The notes beneath the pieces are model-generated. The model was not told the origin of the DNA, made no database searches, and was given only the letters and a program-made list of their open reading frames with translations. The translations under genes and the position numbers were made by a program. A DNA stretch of 64,000 bases from Bacteroidia bacterium (GTDB lineage: Bacteria; Bacteroidota; Bacteroidia; M30B66), in NCBI GenBank assembly GCA_018401705.1, contig JAGYKL010000002.1:3526-67525 (forward strand), in the 5' to 3' direction. Positions 29,492-39,900 of this stretch are shown here, piece after piece; positions within the stretch are counted from its first letter, which is position 1; each line of letters begins with the position of its first letter.

Positions 29492-32107
29492 TTAGTTTCC
29501 TTTATTCTGAGAAACACTAAATAATTGAATCGTTCCTGTTAATTTTCGTGGAATAATTCCCTCAAGCCTAATCTCATTTACTATACATATATAATAGTAA
29601 ACCCCATCAGGCAAAGTTTCTCCATTAAATTTCCCATTCCAAAAAATGTCCTTGTCTTTGGTTTTGAATAATTCAAGACCCCAACGATTAAACACTTTAA
29701 AATCAACCGATTCAATAAATGCATAAGGAAACGGTCCATAAAAATCATTTATTCCATCTCCATTAGGAGAAAAGGTATTTGGCAATTCATAGACAGGACA
29801 GTTATCCGCACAAAGTTTAATTGAATTACTTTCATTCATGAAAGAATCAATGGCTGATATCAAGTAACATCCAGCAAGCGATTCTCCAGGTTCATGAACA
29901 AGGCTTGAAGGGTCGTTAACTAAGGGCTCAGATAAAAGCAGTGTATCTGTTTTCCCTGCTGCGATAAATCTAATTTTAAATGATACAACATCCTCGTAAC
30001 AATCAGAATTATCTACAATCCAAGAAATCAGGCTGTTCAATGAATCGCAAGAGACAGAAATTTCTGCCATTGGCGCGCAAGGCGCTTCAAGATCTTGAGC
30101 ACTATTACAAACTTCTTGTGACCAATTTTCAATAGGATTCACATATCCTGAAGCAGAATAAGCACCAATAGACTTAATTCTATAACAATACTCAACTCCA
30201 TTTGCTAAGCCAGTGTCTGAAAACGCGTTAGTTTCAGTGACTCCAATTGAGTCAAAGTCTGATATCCCTGGCGAACGCCGATAAATAACATATAAATTAT
30301 TATTCCATGGAACCTGTTCATTCCAATTCAGAGAAATCTCATTGTCTGAAGATAAGGCACTTAGAAAAATTGATTCCGCTTCTGCACTAGAGCCAACAAG
30401 TGTTTCACCTCCTAAATCACCAGCAAACAAGGAGATGCGATAAGTCTTTTTAGAATTACGTGTATCTAAAGCTCCACTTGTGTCTATGTACGTAGTATCA
30501 TTTAAGCCCTCGTTTAAAGCAATTTCCTCAAAAACACCACTGTCTTCATTTTTACGCTCTATACTGTAAAAATATGGTCCCGGATAAAAATTTGTATCCA
30601 AATCGTCTGGCCTCGACCAAGCTACAAACACCGATCCTGTTTGAACATCTGTTTCCCTGATGCTAACATTCGTAAGTGCAGGAAGTGTTTCGGGTAATTG
30701 AACGCAGATTTCTTCGCTTGTATAGCTCTCGGCGCCGTCGGCAAAAACAGCTATGACTCTGTAACAATAGGAATTGCCAGGCAATAGCCCTTGAGTTAAA
30801 TCTAAATATGAATTTGTTGCATAGCCATTAATATTTGCCAATAATTCATAACCTGTAAAGGCTGGCACGCCTGTTTCGCAAGGTCCCGGATCAAAAGGAA
30901 AGTTTCCAGCTCTTCGATATAAAGCGTAACCTGAGGCTTGATTGCAAGGGCTTAAATCCCAACTCAGTTGAACCCCTTGAGCAACAATCTCGGCAATTAG
31001 ATTCTCCGGTTCGGGAGCCACAACTTCAATACGCATGCTTTTGTAAGTGGCAAGATTGGGATTGCCATTATCTATCGCTTTAAAGCTAAAGACATAAGGC
31101 TGTTTTCTAACATGACTGCAATTTGTAGCCCATGAAAATTGCTGAGATACAAAGCCTGTCGAAGATGTTGCAGTTACAAACTCCGCTTGCCCCGGCATTG
31201 GAAATAAGAAAGGCCCTCCAGTAGCACTTAATGTTAAACTTTGAGGAGGTGTGTTGTCAGGATTTGTTGCAGTAACAGTCAAACTTAGTTCAGTACCCGC
31301 ATCTACGCATATGTCAGGAAGTTCTGATATCTCTGGAGGAATATTCGTACATGGAACAACATTGATTTGCATATCACGAGTAACGCTTCCAATAAGAATC
31401 CCTCTTCTCCACTCTTCAATGATAAATGCGACATTATACTCTCCTAATCCACTTGGAAGTGGGCTATCCCAAACTAAGTCGCCTGTAATTGCATCAATAC
31501 TAAAGAAGGAGCTAGCTTGTGGTTGACCAAAACCAGGGATGATTAGTCCATTTTCTCCGCGGCATTCAAGGAGTCGATATGATATACTATCTCCATCGGG
31601 ATCAAAAGCGCCGGCATTATGAATAAAGATTTGGCCTGGACAAGCTTCATCAATAGGAGGATTGAGTAGCTGCACAGAGTTGTTTATTCCAAGAAAAGGA
31701 TTGATAACCAACTGCGTAGAAACATAGAAGGGAATATTCACAGAATTGGGAATATTAACTACACCTGCATTTCTGTTAGGGTCTTCAAAGCTTAAAGTGT
31801 AAACAGATGGACCAGGAAAAGTGTGAACCCCAACATAGACGTTTCTCTTTATGGTGCCAGAAACGATGACACCTTGCCCACTGCCATTGATACGTGGAAT
31901 TGTATCTAAAGAACCATCACCCCAAGAAATGCCAAGTTCAGGCCTATCGGCCGGACTATCTGACTTTGTATAGGTAATGATTGTGGCTTCATATTGAAAT
32001 CCACCTAAATGCCTGTATGTAATCTCCCCTGCTCTATTATGCGTTGCCATCGACCACATTGGAAGTAGCATCGTTAAAAAAAGCAGTAGTATTTTGAAAT
32101 TAGGCAT
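29492..32107 (-). CDS. gliding motility-associated C-terminal domain (T9SS type B sorting domain) protein with FN3-like repeats
   Basis: N-terminal signal peptide followed by THNRAGEITY. The C-terminus NTFSPNGDGINDFY...FNRWGLELF...WNGKFNGETLPDGVYYY is the type B CTD signature. Confidence 0.85.
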   Translation of the reverse strand: MPNFKILLLFLTMLLPMWSMATHNRAGEITYRHLGGFQYEATIITYTKSDSPADRPELGISWGDGSLDTIPRINGSGQGVIVSGTIKRNVYVGVHTFPGPSVYTLSFEDPNRNAGVVNIPNSVNIPFYVSTQLVINPFLGINNSVQLLNPPIDEACPGQIFIHNAGAFDPDGDSISYRLLECRGENGLIIPGFGQPQASSFFSIDAITGDLVWDSPLPSGLGEYNVAFIIEEWRRGILIGSVTRDMQINVVPCTNIPPEISELPDICVDAGTELSLTVTATNPDNTPPQSLTLSATGGPFLFPMPGQAEFVTATSSTGFVSQQFSWATNCSHVRKQPYVFSFKAIDNGNPNLATYKSMRIEVVAPEPENLIAEIVAQGVQLSWDLSPCNQASGYALYRRAGNFPFDPGPCETGVPAFTGYELLANINGYATNSYLDLTQGLLPGNSYCYRVIAVFADGAESYTSEEICVQLPETLPALTNVSIRETDVQTGSVFVAWSRPDDLDTNFYPGPYFYSIERKNEDSGVFEEIALNEGLNDTTYIDTSGALDTRNSKKTYRISLFAGDLGGETLVGSSAEAESIFLSALSSDNEISLNWNEQVPWNNNLYVIYRRSPGISDFDSIGVTETNAFSDTGLANGVEYCYRIKSIGAYSASGYVNPIENWSQEVCNSAQDLEAPCAPMAEISVSCDSLNSLISWIVDNSDCYEDVVSFKIRFIAAGKTDTLLLSEPLVNDPSSLVHEPGESLAGCYLISAIDSFMNESNSIKLCADNCPVYELPNTFSPNGDGINDFYGPFPYAFIESVDFKVFNRWGLELFKTKDKDIFWNGKFNGETLPDGVYYYICIVNEIRLEGIIPRKLTGTIQLFSVSQNKGN

Positions 32108-32197
32108 AAAATCTCAGGAAAGATAATTAATCCAACGGTCTGCCCTGAGTTTTGTTGAGAGCTTTTTTTGCTTGAGCAAACAATTTGCTGCTAGGAA

Positions 32198-34405
32198 TTA
32201 ATTGGCGTATTCAGAAATAAACCTCAATCTAACCAGCCTAAGCACAGTTTCATCAATCTCATCATCCCCTAACTCTTCAAGAGCTACAGTCATAGAATCA
32301 GTCTCTGCCTGCTTGAAATAGTCGATAATCTCTTCCTGAATCTCATCATCAATGGTATCATTAAGATAATAACGAATATCCAGTTTAGTTCCAGAGTAAA
32401 CAATTGCTTCCATTTCCTCAATCAAAGCACCGATGGTGAGACCTTTAGCTCCAGCAATATCATCAAGAGCAAGCTTACGATCAACACTTTGAATAATATG
32501 TACTTTCTGAGTCGATTTATTTACAACAGACTTCACAACCATATTTACTGGGCGATCTATTTCATTTTCCTCAACATAAGAAGCAATCATTGCAACAACC
32601 TCTTTCCCATATTTCTCAGCCTTCCCGCTTCCAACGCCAGCAATTTGCTTTAGCTCGTCCAATGTAATTGGATACTGAATAGTCATATCAATTAGCGACT
32701 GTTCCTGAAAAATTACATAAGGAGGCATATTATGCTTCTTAGCAATCTTTTTAGTTAAGTCTTTGAGCATTCCAAAGAGCAGTTCATCTGCAGAAGCTCC
32801 ACCCTGTCCACCTGCAGTGATTATTTCATCATCTCCTTCAGCATCACTGTAATCATGATCTTCAGCAATCATTATTTCAAATGGTGACTTCAGGTAGTTT
32901 TTTCCAGCTTCAGTCATATGAAGCGTGCCGTAATTCTCAATCTCCTTATCAAGAAGACCATTTACAACAGCCTGACGAATTACACTGCTCCAGTGAAGCG
33001 CACTTTTTTCATCACCTATACCAAAATATTTAGATTGGTCGTGCTTATATGACTTAACAGCAGAGTTCTCAACACCGGTAATAACATTCACAATGTGTTT
33101 GTCTTTGAACTTGCCTTTTAGATTGTCAACAATTTCAAGAATCTGGCAAATATCTTCAGAGGCATCAAACTTCTTTCGAGGATTTTTGCAGTTATCGCAC
33201 ATGTTTGAACATCCGCTATCATCGTATTCCTCTCCAAAATAGTGAAGTAGATATTTTCTTCTACACATAGAAGTTTCTGCATATCCAACAGTTTCTGAAA
33301 GAAGCTGTTGACCAATTTCTTGTTCAGCAACATGCTTGTTTTTCAAAAACTTTTCAAGCTTTTGGATGTCATCATAAGAATAAAACGACAAGCAAATACC
33401 TTCTCCCCCGTCGCGACCTGCACGACCAGTTTCCTGATAATAACCTTCAAGACTCTTAGGCATCTCATGGTGAATCACAAACCTAACATCGGGCTTGTCG
33501 ATACCCATGCCGAAAGCAATAGTTGCAACAATTACGTCTGCGTCTTCCATAAGGAATTTATCCTGATGAGAAGCTCTTGTTGAGGCATCTAAACCAGCGT
33601 GGTAAGGCAATGCCTTAATTCCGTTAACATTTAAAGTTTCAGCTAGTTCTTCAACCTTCTTTCTGCTGAGGCAGTAAATAATACCTGATTTACCTTGATG
33701 CTGCTTAATGAAACGGATAATTTCTTTAACAACATCCTTCTTTGGCCTAACTTCATAATAAAGATTCCCTCGGTTAAATGAACTTTTGAATAAAGTTGCA
33801 TTGTTAACCATATTGAGGTTCTTCATTATGTCTTGCTGAACCTTTGGAGTGGCTGTAGCAGTTAAAGCCATAATTGGAACTGTTCCAATTGCCTCAATGA
33901 TACTTCTTAATCTTCTGTATTCAGGACGAAAGTCATGGCCCCATTCTGATATACAATGAGCTTCATCGATAGCAAAAAAGCTAATGTTAATCTCTCTGAG
34001 AAACTGAACATTTTCTTCTTTAGTAAGAGATTCAGGTGCAACATATAAAAGCTTTGTGACACCATTAGTAACGTCTTCTTTTACACGCGTAATCTCCGCT
34101 TTATTAAGTGATGAATTAAGAAAGTGAGCAATTCCGTATTCTCCTCCATAATTTCTGATTGAATCAACCTGATTTTTCATCAGGGCTATCAAAGGAGAAA
34201 CAATTATTGCAGTACCCTCTGAAATCAATGCCGGAAGCTGATAACACATCGACTTACCTCCACCAGTGGGCATTATAACGAATGTATCATTTCCATCAAG
34301 AATATTCTTTATGATTGCTTCCTGCTCTCCTTTAAAAGAGGAAAATCCAAAAACTTTTTGAAGTTGACCTGCTAGGTCGATTGACATATCAACAGCTTCT
34401 AACAT
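32198..34405 (-). CDS. recQ: ATP-dependent DNA helicase RecQ
   Basis: 735 aa with PTGGGKS, DEAHC, the RecQ zinc-finger cysteines and a C-terminal HRDC-like region. An alternative start lies at 34387. Confidence 0.95.
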   Translation of the reverse strand: MLEAVDMSIDLAGQLQKVFGFSSFKGEQEAIIKNILDGNDTFVIMPTGGGKSMCYQLPALISEGTAIIVSPLIALMKNQVDSIRNYGGEYGIAHFLNSSLNKAEITRVKEDVTNGVTKLLYVAPESLTKEENVQFLREINISFFAIDEAHCISEWGHDFRPEYRRLRSIIEAIGTVPIMALTATATPKVQQDIMKNLNMVNNATLFKSSFNRGNLYYEVRPKKDVVKEIIRFIKQHQGKSGIIYCLSRKKVEELAETLNVNGIKALPYHAGLDASTRASHQDKFLMEDADVIVATIAFGMGIDKPDVRFVIHHEMPKSLEGYYQETGRAGRDGGEGICLSFYSYDDIQKLEKFLKNKHVAEQEIGQQLLSETVGYAETSMCRRKYLLHYFGEEYDDSGCSNMCDNCKNPRKKFDASEDICQILEIVDNLKGKFKDKHIVNVITGVENSAVKSYKHDQSKYFGIGDEKSALHWSSVIRQAVVNGLLDKEIENYGTLHMTEAGKNYLKSPFEIMIAEDHDYSDAEGDDEIITAGGQGGASADELLFGMLKDLTKKIAKKHNMPPYVIFQEQSLIDMTIQYPITLDELKQIAGVGSGKAEKYGKEVVAMIASYVEENEIDRPVNMVVKSVVNKSTQKVHIIQSVDRKLALDDIAGAKGLTIGALIEEMEAIVYSGTKLDIRYYLNDTIDDEIQEEIIDYFKQAETDSMTVALEELGDDEIDETVLRLVRLRFISEYAN

Positions 34406-34859
34406 GCTGACAAACTATAAATATTTAACAAAAACACCATTTTCGAGCATCAATAACAACAATAACAATATTTTGTTGCTGAATTAAGAATTATTGAGTA
34501 CAATTATTTCTAATTCTGTATTGCTATCCTTAAAGATACATTTATTAATCGCTTTACAAAGAAAATTATTGCAAGAAAATTATTTTGTCTATCTATCTGA
34601 TAATCTACACTTTAAAAACAAAGCCTGTAAATATTCAAACAGATGAGCTTAGTATTTGAAAAGTTAAAACTCAATTTTTTTCTTGTGCTGCCTAGAAAGA
34701 GCTTTGCCATTATTTGAAAACCAGAATGATATTCTGAAAATCCCGATTTCGGACATTCATTTCAAAATTATATTTGGCAACCAATATGCTGTTTTCTCCT
34801 AATCTCATTAATACTTGTCAGTTTGGTTGGGAATGTAGAAGTTTGACAAAAATTAAATT

Positions 34860-36125
34860 ATGCAGTTCTCAGAAACATTTGCAGCTTCACTAGATGCCAA
34901 TGATAAATTATCGGCATTTAGAAGCAGGTTCTTTATCCCTGAAATAAAAGGCAAAGAGGCGGTTTACCTTTGTGGAAATTCTCTTGGGCTCCAGCCAAAA
35001 ACAGTGGAAGCAAATATCAAAGCAGAATTGCATGATTGGGCGAAACTTGGAGTTGAAGGACATGTCCATGCAAAAAACCCTTGGTTAAGTTACCACGAAC
35101 AATTCGCTGGACCTCTTGCCAGAATTACAGGGGCTAAAGAGAGCGAAGTTGTTGCTATGAATGCATTAACAGTGAATCTTCACCTGTTAATGATTTCTTT
35201 TTACAGGCCTTGTCAGAGCAGATACCGTATTATTTGTGAGGAAAAAGCCTTCCCTTCTGATAGTTATGCATTGCAAAGCCAGGCAAAACTAAATGGATAT
35301 GAACCATTCGATGCCATTAGAGAAATTCACCCTAGACCAGGTCAGGCTCATATCGACGAACAAGATGTTATTGATGCCATTCTCGAAGAAGGAGACATGC
35401 TTGCTATGGTAATGATTGGGGGAGTAAATTATTATACAGGCCAAGTGTTCGATATGAAGCGCATCACCGAAGAAGCTCATAAAGTAGGTGCAATTGCGGG
35501 TTTTGATCTTGCTCATGCCATTGGAAACATTGAACTTAAGCTGCATGATTGGGATGTTGACTTTGCCGCTTGGTGTACATACAAATATTTAAATTCTGGA
35601 CCAGGAGGCGTTTCCGGTGTATTCATTAATGAAAAACATGCATCTAACCCTAAAACATTCCGCTTGGCTGGTTGGTGGGGTCATGACAAAGCCAGTCGCT
35701 TCAAAATGGAGCCCGATTTTATCCCTATCCCGACAGCTGAAAGCTGGCAAATGAGCAATGCTCCTGTACTTTCAATGGCAGCACACAAAGCTTCACTTGA
35801 TATTTTTGATGAAGCAGGCATGGAAAACCTTATCAGTAAAAGCAAAGAATTAACAGCATATTTAAGTTCATTACTCCAAGAAGTTCAACAATTACCATCT
35901 CATAAAGGTTTGTTTACTGTAATAACTCCAGATAAGAGAGGATGTCAGCTTTCATTGCTATTTCACAAACAAGGCAAAGATGTATTTAACTTCCTTTCAG
36001 AAAATGGTGTTATTGCAGATTGGAGAGAGCCGGATGTTATTAGAATTGCTCCAGCTCCTCTCTATAATTCTTATACCGATGTGTATCGATTTGCCAATAT
36101 TATCAAACAGTTTAGCCCCAAATAA
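34860..36125 (+). CDS. kynU: kynureninase
   Basis: 421 aa, PLP-dependent, with YLCGNSLG, DLAHAIGN and TYKYLNSGPG. Confidence 0.93.
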   Translation: MQFSETFAASLDANDKLSAFRSRFFIPEIKGKEAVYLCGNSLGLQPKTVEANIKAELHDWAKLGVEGHVHAKNPWLSYHEQFAGPLARITGAKESEVVAMNALTVNLHLLMISFYRPCQSRYRIICEEKAFPSDSYALQSQAKLNGYEPFDAIREIHPRPGQAHIDEQDVIDAILEEGDMLAMVMIGGVNYYTGQVFDMKRITEEAHKVGAIAGFDLAHAIGNIELKLHDWDVDFAAWCTYKYLNSGPGGVSGVFINEKHASNPKTFRLAGWWGHDKASRFKMEPDFIPIPTAESWQMSNAPVLSMAAHKASLDIFDEAGMENLISKSKELTAYLSSLLQEVQQLPSHKGLFTVITPDKRGCQLSLLFHKQGKDVFNFLSENGVIADWREPDVIRIAPAPLYNSYTDVYRFANIIKQFSPK

Positions 36126-36131
36126 AATTCC

Positions 36132-37469
36132 ATGAATACTAAAAAGCATATTATAATCATTGGAGCAGGATTAGTAGGTGCTCTTCAGTCCATTTATTTA
36201 AGAAGAAGAGGATATGAGGTTAGCATCTATGAAAGACGACCTGATATGCGAAAGGCGAGTATTTCGGCCGGCAGGTCAATTAATCTTGCTTTATCTGACA
36301 GAGGTTTAAAAGCTCTTGAAGGGGTTGGCATTGCTGATGCAATTAGAGAAATTGGCATCCCTATGCATGGCAGAGTTATGCATGATGTTGAAGGTAATCT
36401 CACCTTCCAACCATATGGAAAAGAAGGTCAATCGATTTATTCTGTTTCAAGAGGCGGTTTAAACTGTCGTTTGATGGATTTAGCAGAACAAGAGGGAGTT
36501 AAGATATTCTTCGAACATAAATGCATCAATGTTAGCCTCGACGAAGCCTCTGCCGATTTTGAATTCAATGGCCAAACCGTTAAGGCTCAGGGAGATCTGA
36601 TGATTGGTGCAGATGGTGCTTTCTCTGAAGTTAGAGGGGAAATGATGAAAACCCCTCGCTTTAATTACTCGCAATATTATATTGAACACGGCTATAAAGA
36701 ATTAAGCATTCCTCCGAATGCGGATGGGAGTATGCGTATGGAAAAGAACGCATTGCACATCTGGCCAAGAGGCGAGTTTATGCTAATTGCACTTCCTAAT
36801 ACTGATGGAACATTTACCTGTACATTATTCTTTCCGATGGAAGGAGAACGTTCTTTTGAAACAATCAACACTGCCGAAAAAGGTGAATCATTTTTCAAAG
36901 AAATGTTTCCGGATGCATTAGCATTGATGCCTGATTTTAGAAAAGAATATGAGGAGAATCCAAGCTCAAGTATGGTCATAACCAAGTGTTTTCCGTGGAC
37001 TTGGAAAGATAAGGTAATGCTCATGGGTGATGCGGCTCATGCAATTGTACCTTTTTATGGGCAAGGCATGAATGCCGGATTTGAAGATTGTACCATATTT
37101 AATCAATTGCTCGAATCGAGTGATGGTGATTGGAACAAATTACTTAGGAGTTACGAGAAGAGCAGAAAGCCTAATGGCGATGCAATTGCTCAATTAGCAT
37201 TAAATAACTTCATTGAAATGAGAGATCTGGTAGGAGATCCAAAGTTCCTACTGCAGAAAAAGATTGAAGCACGCTTTAATCAGAAGTATCCTGAAAAGTG
37301 GATGCCTTTATATTCGATGGTTACATTTTCGCATACGCCTTATCACGATGCCCTATCAAACGGTGAGCATCAGGAAAAAATCATGCGTGAAGTAATGGCT
37401 TTAGCTGATATCGAATCTAAATGGGATTCAGAAGAGGTTGAGAAACTAATGCTTTCTCGCTTGCAATAA
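36132..37469 (+). CDS. kmo: kynurenine 3-monooxygenase (FAD-dependent)
   Basis: 445 aa with a GAGLVG Rossmann motif, GDAAHAIVPFYGQGMN, and placement immediately after kynU. Confidence 0.9.
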   Translation: MNTKKHIIIIGAGLVGALQSIYLRRRGYEVSIYERRPDMRKASISAGRSINLALSDRGLKALEGVGIADAIREIGIPMHGRVMHDVEGNLTFQPYGKEGQSIYSVSRGGLNCRLMDLAEQEGVKIFFEHKCINVSLDEASADFEFNGQTVKAQGDLMIGADGAFSEVRGEMMKTPRFNYSQYYIEHGYKELSIPPNADGSMRMEKNALHIWPRGEFMLIALPNTDGTFTCTLFFPMEGERSFETINTAEKGESFFKEMFPDALALMPDFRKEYEENPSSSMVITKCFPWTWKDKVMLMGDAAHAIVPFYGQGMNAGFEDCTIFNQLLESSDGDWNKLLRSYEKSRKPNGDAIAQLALNNFIEMRDLVGDPKFLLQKKIEARFNQKYPEKWMPLYSMVTFSHTPYHDALSNGEHQEKIMREVMALADIESKWDSEEVEKLMLSRLQ

Positions 37470-37478
37470 AGCTCAACT

Positions 37479-39404
37479 TTAGTTAATCACTATCTTTTTT
37501 ATGTGGTTTGTTTTCTCACCTTTCAGGTGGAGAAAATAAATTCCTTTCGACATTGATTCAAGGTTCAGCTCATAGCTTATTTCTTTAACAGACTTCATTG
37601 CTGTAGATCGAACCATAGCTCCTGAGAGGTTAAACAACTCGAGTCTAACATCCTGCATATCATTCAACTGAGCCTGCACAAACATCATGTCATGAGCTGG
37701 ATTTGGATATACAGAAAGAAAATCTTCATCTTGATTATTGGTTGCCAAGCCCAATGCTCCTCCAAGTGTAAATGGAACAACCAAACGAGTCCCAAAATCA
37801 CCATTAAACGTTTTAAAGATAGATGCTGCTTCAGCTCTTCTAAACCTTATAAACCCAGATCCATCATCATTTGCCCAGAAACTTAGTCCGTCTTTGTCAG
37901 TGTCTTCTAAAATAAAAGTATAACAACCCCAAGGTAAATCAATAGTGTCTTTATACTCGGTATTTGCAGTAAAATTATTCATACTCATCACCTCTTCTCC
38001 GTCTGCATTAAGAATTTTCCAGGAGTTCTCGTTTGGGAAACTGTTTGTTTTGAAATTCACCACAAATCTATCGCCAGGTATTACCAGAGGAGCTTCAAAA
38101 TCAGAATAATACTTGTTATTAATGTCATATTCGTCTGCAATACCATTCACTCCTGTTATCTCTGCAACAAAAACACCTTCTTCTGCTCCCCACTGAACTG
38201 TTGCTGGAAGAAAAATTGTTGCTGTTTTCATATACTCTAGACTTCCACTCCAAGTGTAATTACTCATAACTCCACCTTGAGGTCCGTAAGTAAAGTCAAT
38301 GCTATTGATGACATTCTTTCCATTATTGCGAACTATAATTTCTGGTCTCCCGCAAATAGGATTAAACCTGCGGTAAGAATACTTTGAGCTTGGTGCTTTA
38401 ATATCCTCTAATGATGCATCATTAGAGAAATTAGGCTCTTCGAATTCAAGTGCATAGGTTCTAATAACATAATTAGCCCCGCCTGAACCAGTATAACTTT
38501 GCATTTGCATTTCAAAACTTTCAGAAGAAGCTGGGTTTACCTGGAAATCATAAGTCTCAGGGAATACCATATCGCCAGGGCACCAATTTCCTCTATCATA
38601 AATCCATGTTCCACCTTGAGGATAAACGGCGTTTAAACCACAATCATCCCTCCAAACAAGATGCTCATCAAAAACATTCCCATTACGATAAAGTGTTCGA
38701 GTCATCGGGCAAAACTCTGCGCAATACTGCGGATCATCAGCTCCATGGCCCGTTTGATTTATTCTTAACCTTAAAGAGCGCGTTAGCTCATCAGTTTCAA
38801 AACTTTGATTTGTTAACTGATCATTTATTGGGTTTGATGCATTTCCAAAGCCAAATCCACCGTTCCACAAGCGATTTACTTTCACTAAGTTTCGACTTGG
38901 AGTTCCTTCAATAAAATGAAACGAAAGATTTATCAACCAGCCTCTTCCCACATTGGTTTCATAACCTCCATGAATGTATTCTATTTCAACCGAGTCTCTT
39001 AAGAGCTGCTCAAAATCTAGCATGTCAATCTCCCAAGCAGCATTCCATGAGCTGTTGAAAGTATTTCCGTAAGGAGTAATAAATCGAGCGAGCTCAATAT
39101 CTTCAGAGGGCGAATTCATCCCGCCTTTACGGCGGAGAAATATATAATCTAAATAATCCCACTCACCACAATTTTCACCTGGAGGGCATTTAAAATCCAA
39201 ACTCACCCATGCTTTGCAGAAGCTAGTTCCTTGAGCTGGAAAAACTGCCCATTCAGGATATCCTGAATTCCCTGCCGAAGGGTTAGTGCGTACAATATAT
39301 TCAGAATGTGTGTTTATTGTTATTGTATCTCCAGGATTGGAAAACATGAATGTATTAAAAGAAAGGAAAAGGAGGGTAAAAAACGCGTTCTTCACTATAA
39401 TCAA
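37479..39404 (-). CDS. PNGase F-like protein with extra C-terminal domains and a T9SS type A sorting domain
   Basis: By eye it aligns with Elizabethkingia PNGase F: CGEWDY/CDEWDR, RFITPYG/RFITPYW, GHG...CAEFC/GHA...CAEWC, NWCPGDMV/GWCPGMAV. The C-terminus is VYPNPA...GIYFLHLKG. Confidence 0.8.
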   Translation of the reverse strand: MIIVKNAFFTLLFLSFNTFMFSNPGDTITINTHSEYIVRTNPSAGNSGYPEWAVFPAQGTSFCKAWVSLDFKCPPGENCGEWDYLDYIFLRRKGGMNSPSEDIELARFITPYGNTFNSSWNAAWEIDMLDFEQLLRDSVEIEYIHGGYETNVGRGWLINLSFHFIEGTPSRNLVKVNRLWNGGFGFGNASNPINDQLTNQSFETDELTRSLRLRINQTGHGADDPQYCAEFCPMTRTLYRNGNVFDEHLVWRDDCGLNAVYPQGGTWIYDRGNWCPGDMVFPETYDFQVNPASSESFEMQMQSYTGSGGANYVIRTYALEFEEPNFSNDASLEDIKAPSSKYSYRRFNPICGRPEIIVRNNGKNVINSIDFTYGPQGGVMSNYTWSGSLEYMKTATIFLPATVQWGAEEGVFVAEITGVNGIADEYDINNKYYSDFEAPLVIPGDRFVVNFKTNSFPNENSWKILNADGEEVMSMNNFTANTEYKDTIDLPWGCYTFILEDTDKDGLSFWANDDGSGFIRFRRAEAASIFKTFNGDFGTRLVVPFTLGGALGLATNNQDEDFLSVYPNPAHDMMFVQAQLNDMQDVRLELFNLSGAMVRSTAMKSVKEISYELNLESMSKGIYFLHLKGEKTNHIKKIVIN

Positions 39405-39470
39405 TTTAAATAAGCATCAAGTTTACAAAATATTAACGCAAAATCTATCAAGCCTGATTACATTTGCAAT

Positions 39471-39842
39471 ATGAAAATCATGTCGGTTGTTTTGCTAGTT
39501 TACTTTTTTGTAGGCAGTATTATGCCCGGTGGAGATTGGCACGAAGTCCCAAAACTGGTTAATCTTATTGAGCATTTTGAGGCTCATGAGGACCAGTCGG
39601 AAGGAAAAATTTCTGTCATAGATTTCTTAAACATGCATTATGCAAATTCTGATTCTCAGGATAATGATGAGCATGCTAACCTCCCATTTCACCATCTTTG
39701 TTCGTTTACATTTATAGCTTTGATTCCAGCCTTTGAGCTTAGATTAGTTCATTCGATGCCTCATTCTAAGGCGATTGAGCTTTATTCATTCTCTGTTGTA
39801 AGAGACCATATTCCAAACGTTTGGCAACCCCCAAGAGCTTAA
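39471..39842 (+). CDS. hypothetical His-rich small protein with an N-terminal hydrophobic segment
   Basis: 123 aa with 11 His residues (HFEAHED, DEHANLPFHH, HSMPHS). It lies 58 bp upstream of the RND pump gene. Confidence 0.5.
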   Translation: MKIMSVVLLVYFFVGSIMPGGDWHEVPKLVNLIEHFEAHEDQSEGKISVIDFLNMHYANSDSQDNDEHANLPFHHLCSFTFIALIPAFELRLVHSMPHSKAIELYSFSVVRDHIPNVWQPPRA

Positions 39843-39900
39843 TGTGATTTCTGGAAGAATCAATTGATTCTTATTAAAAATCCATTTTAAAAACTCTTGT

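Noticed and set aside
34406-34859. The 454-bp recQ/kynU intergenic region as a possible riboswitch, sRNA or small gene.
   Set aside because: It is AT-rich, with no convincing hairpins, conserved riboswitch cores or ORFs. It is most simply a pair of divergent promoters.
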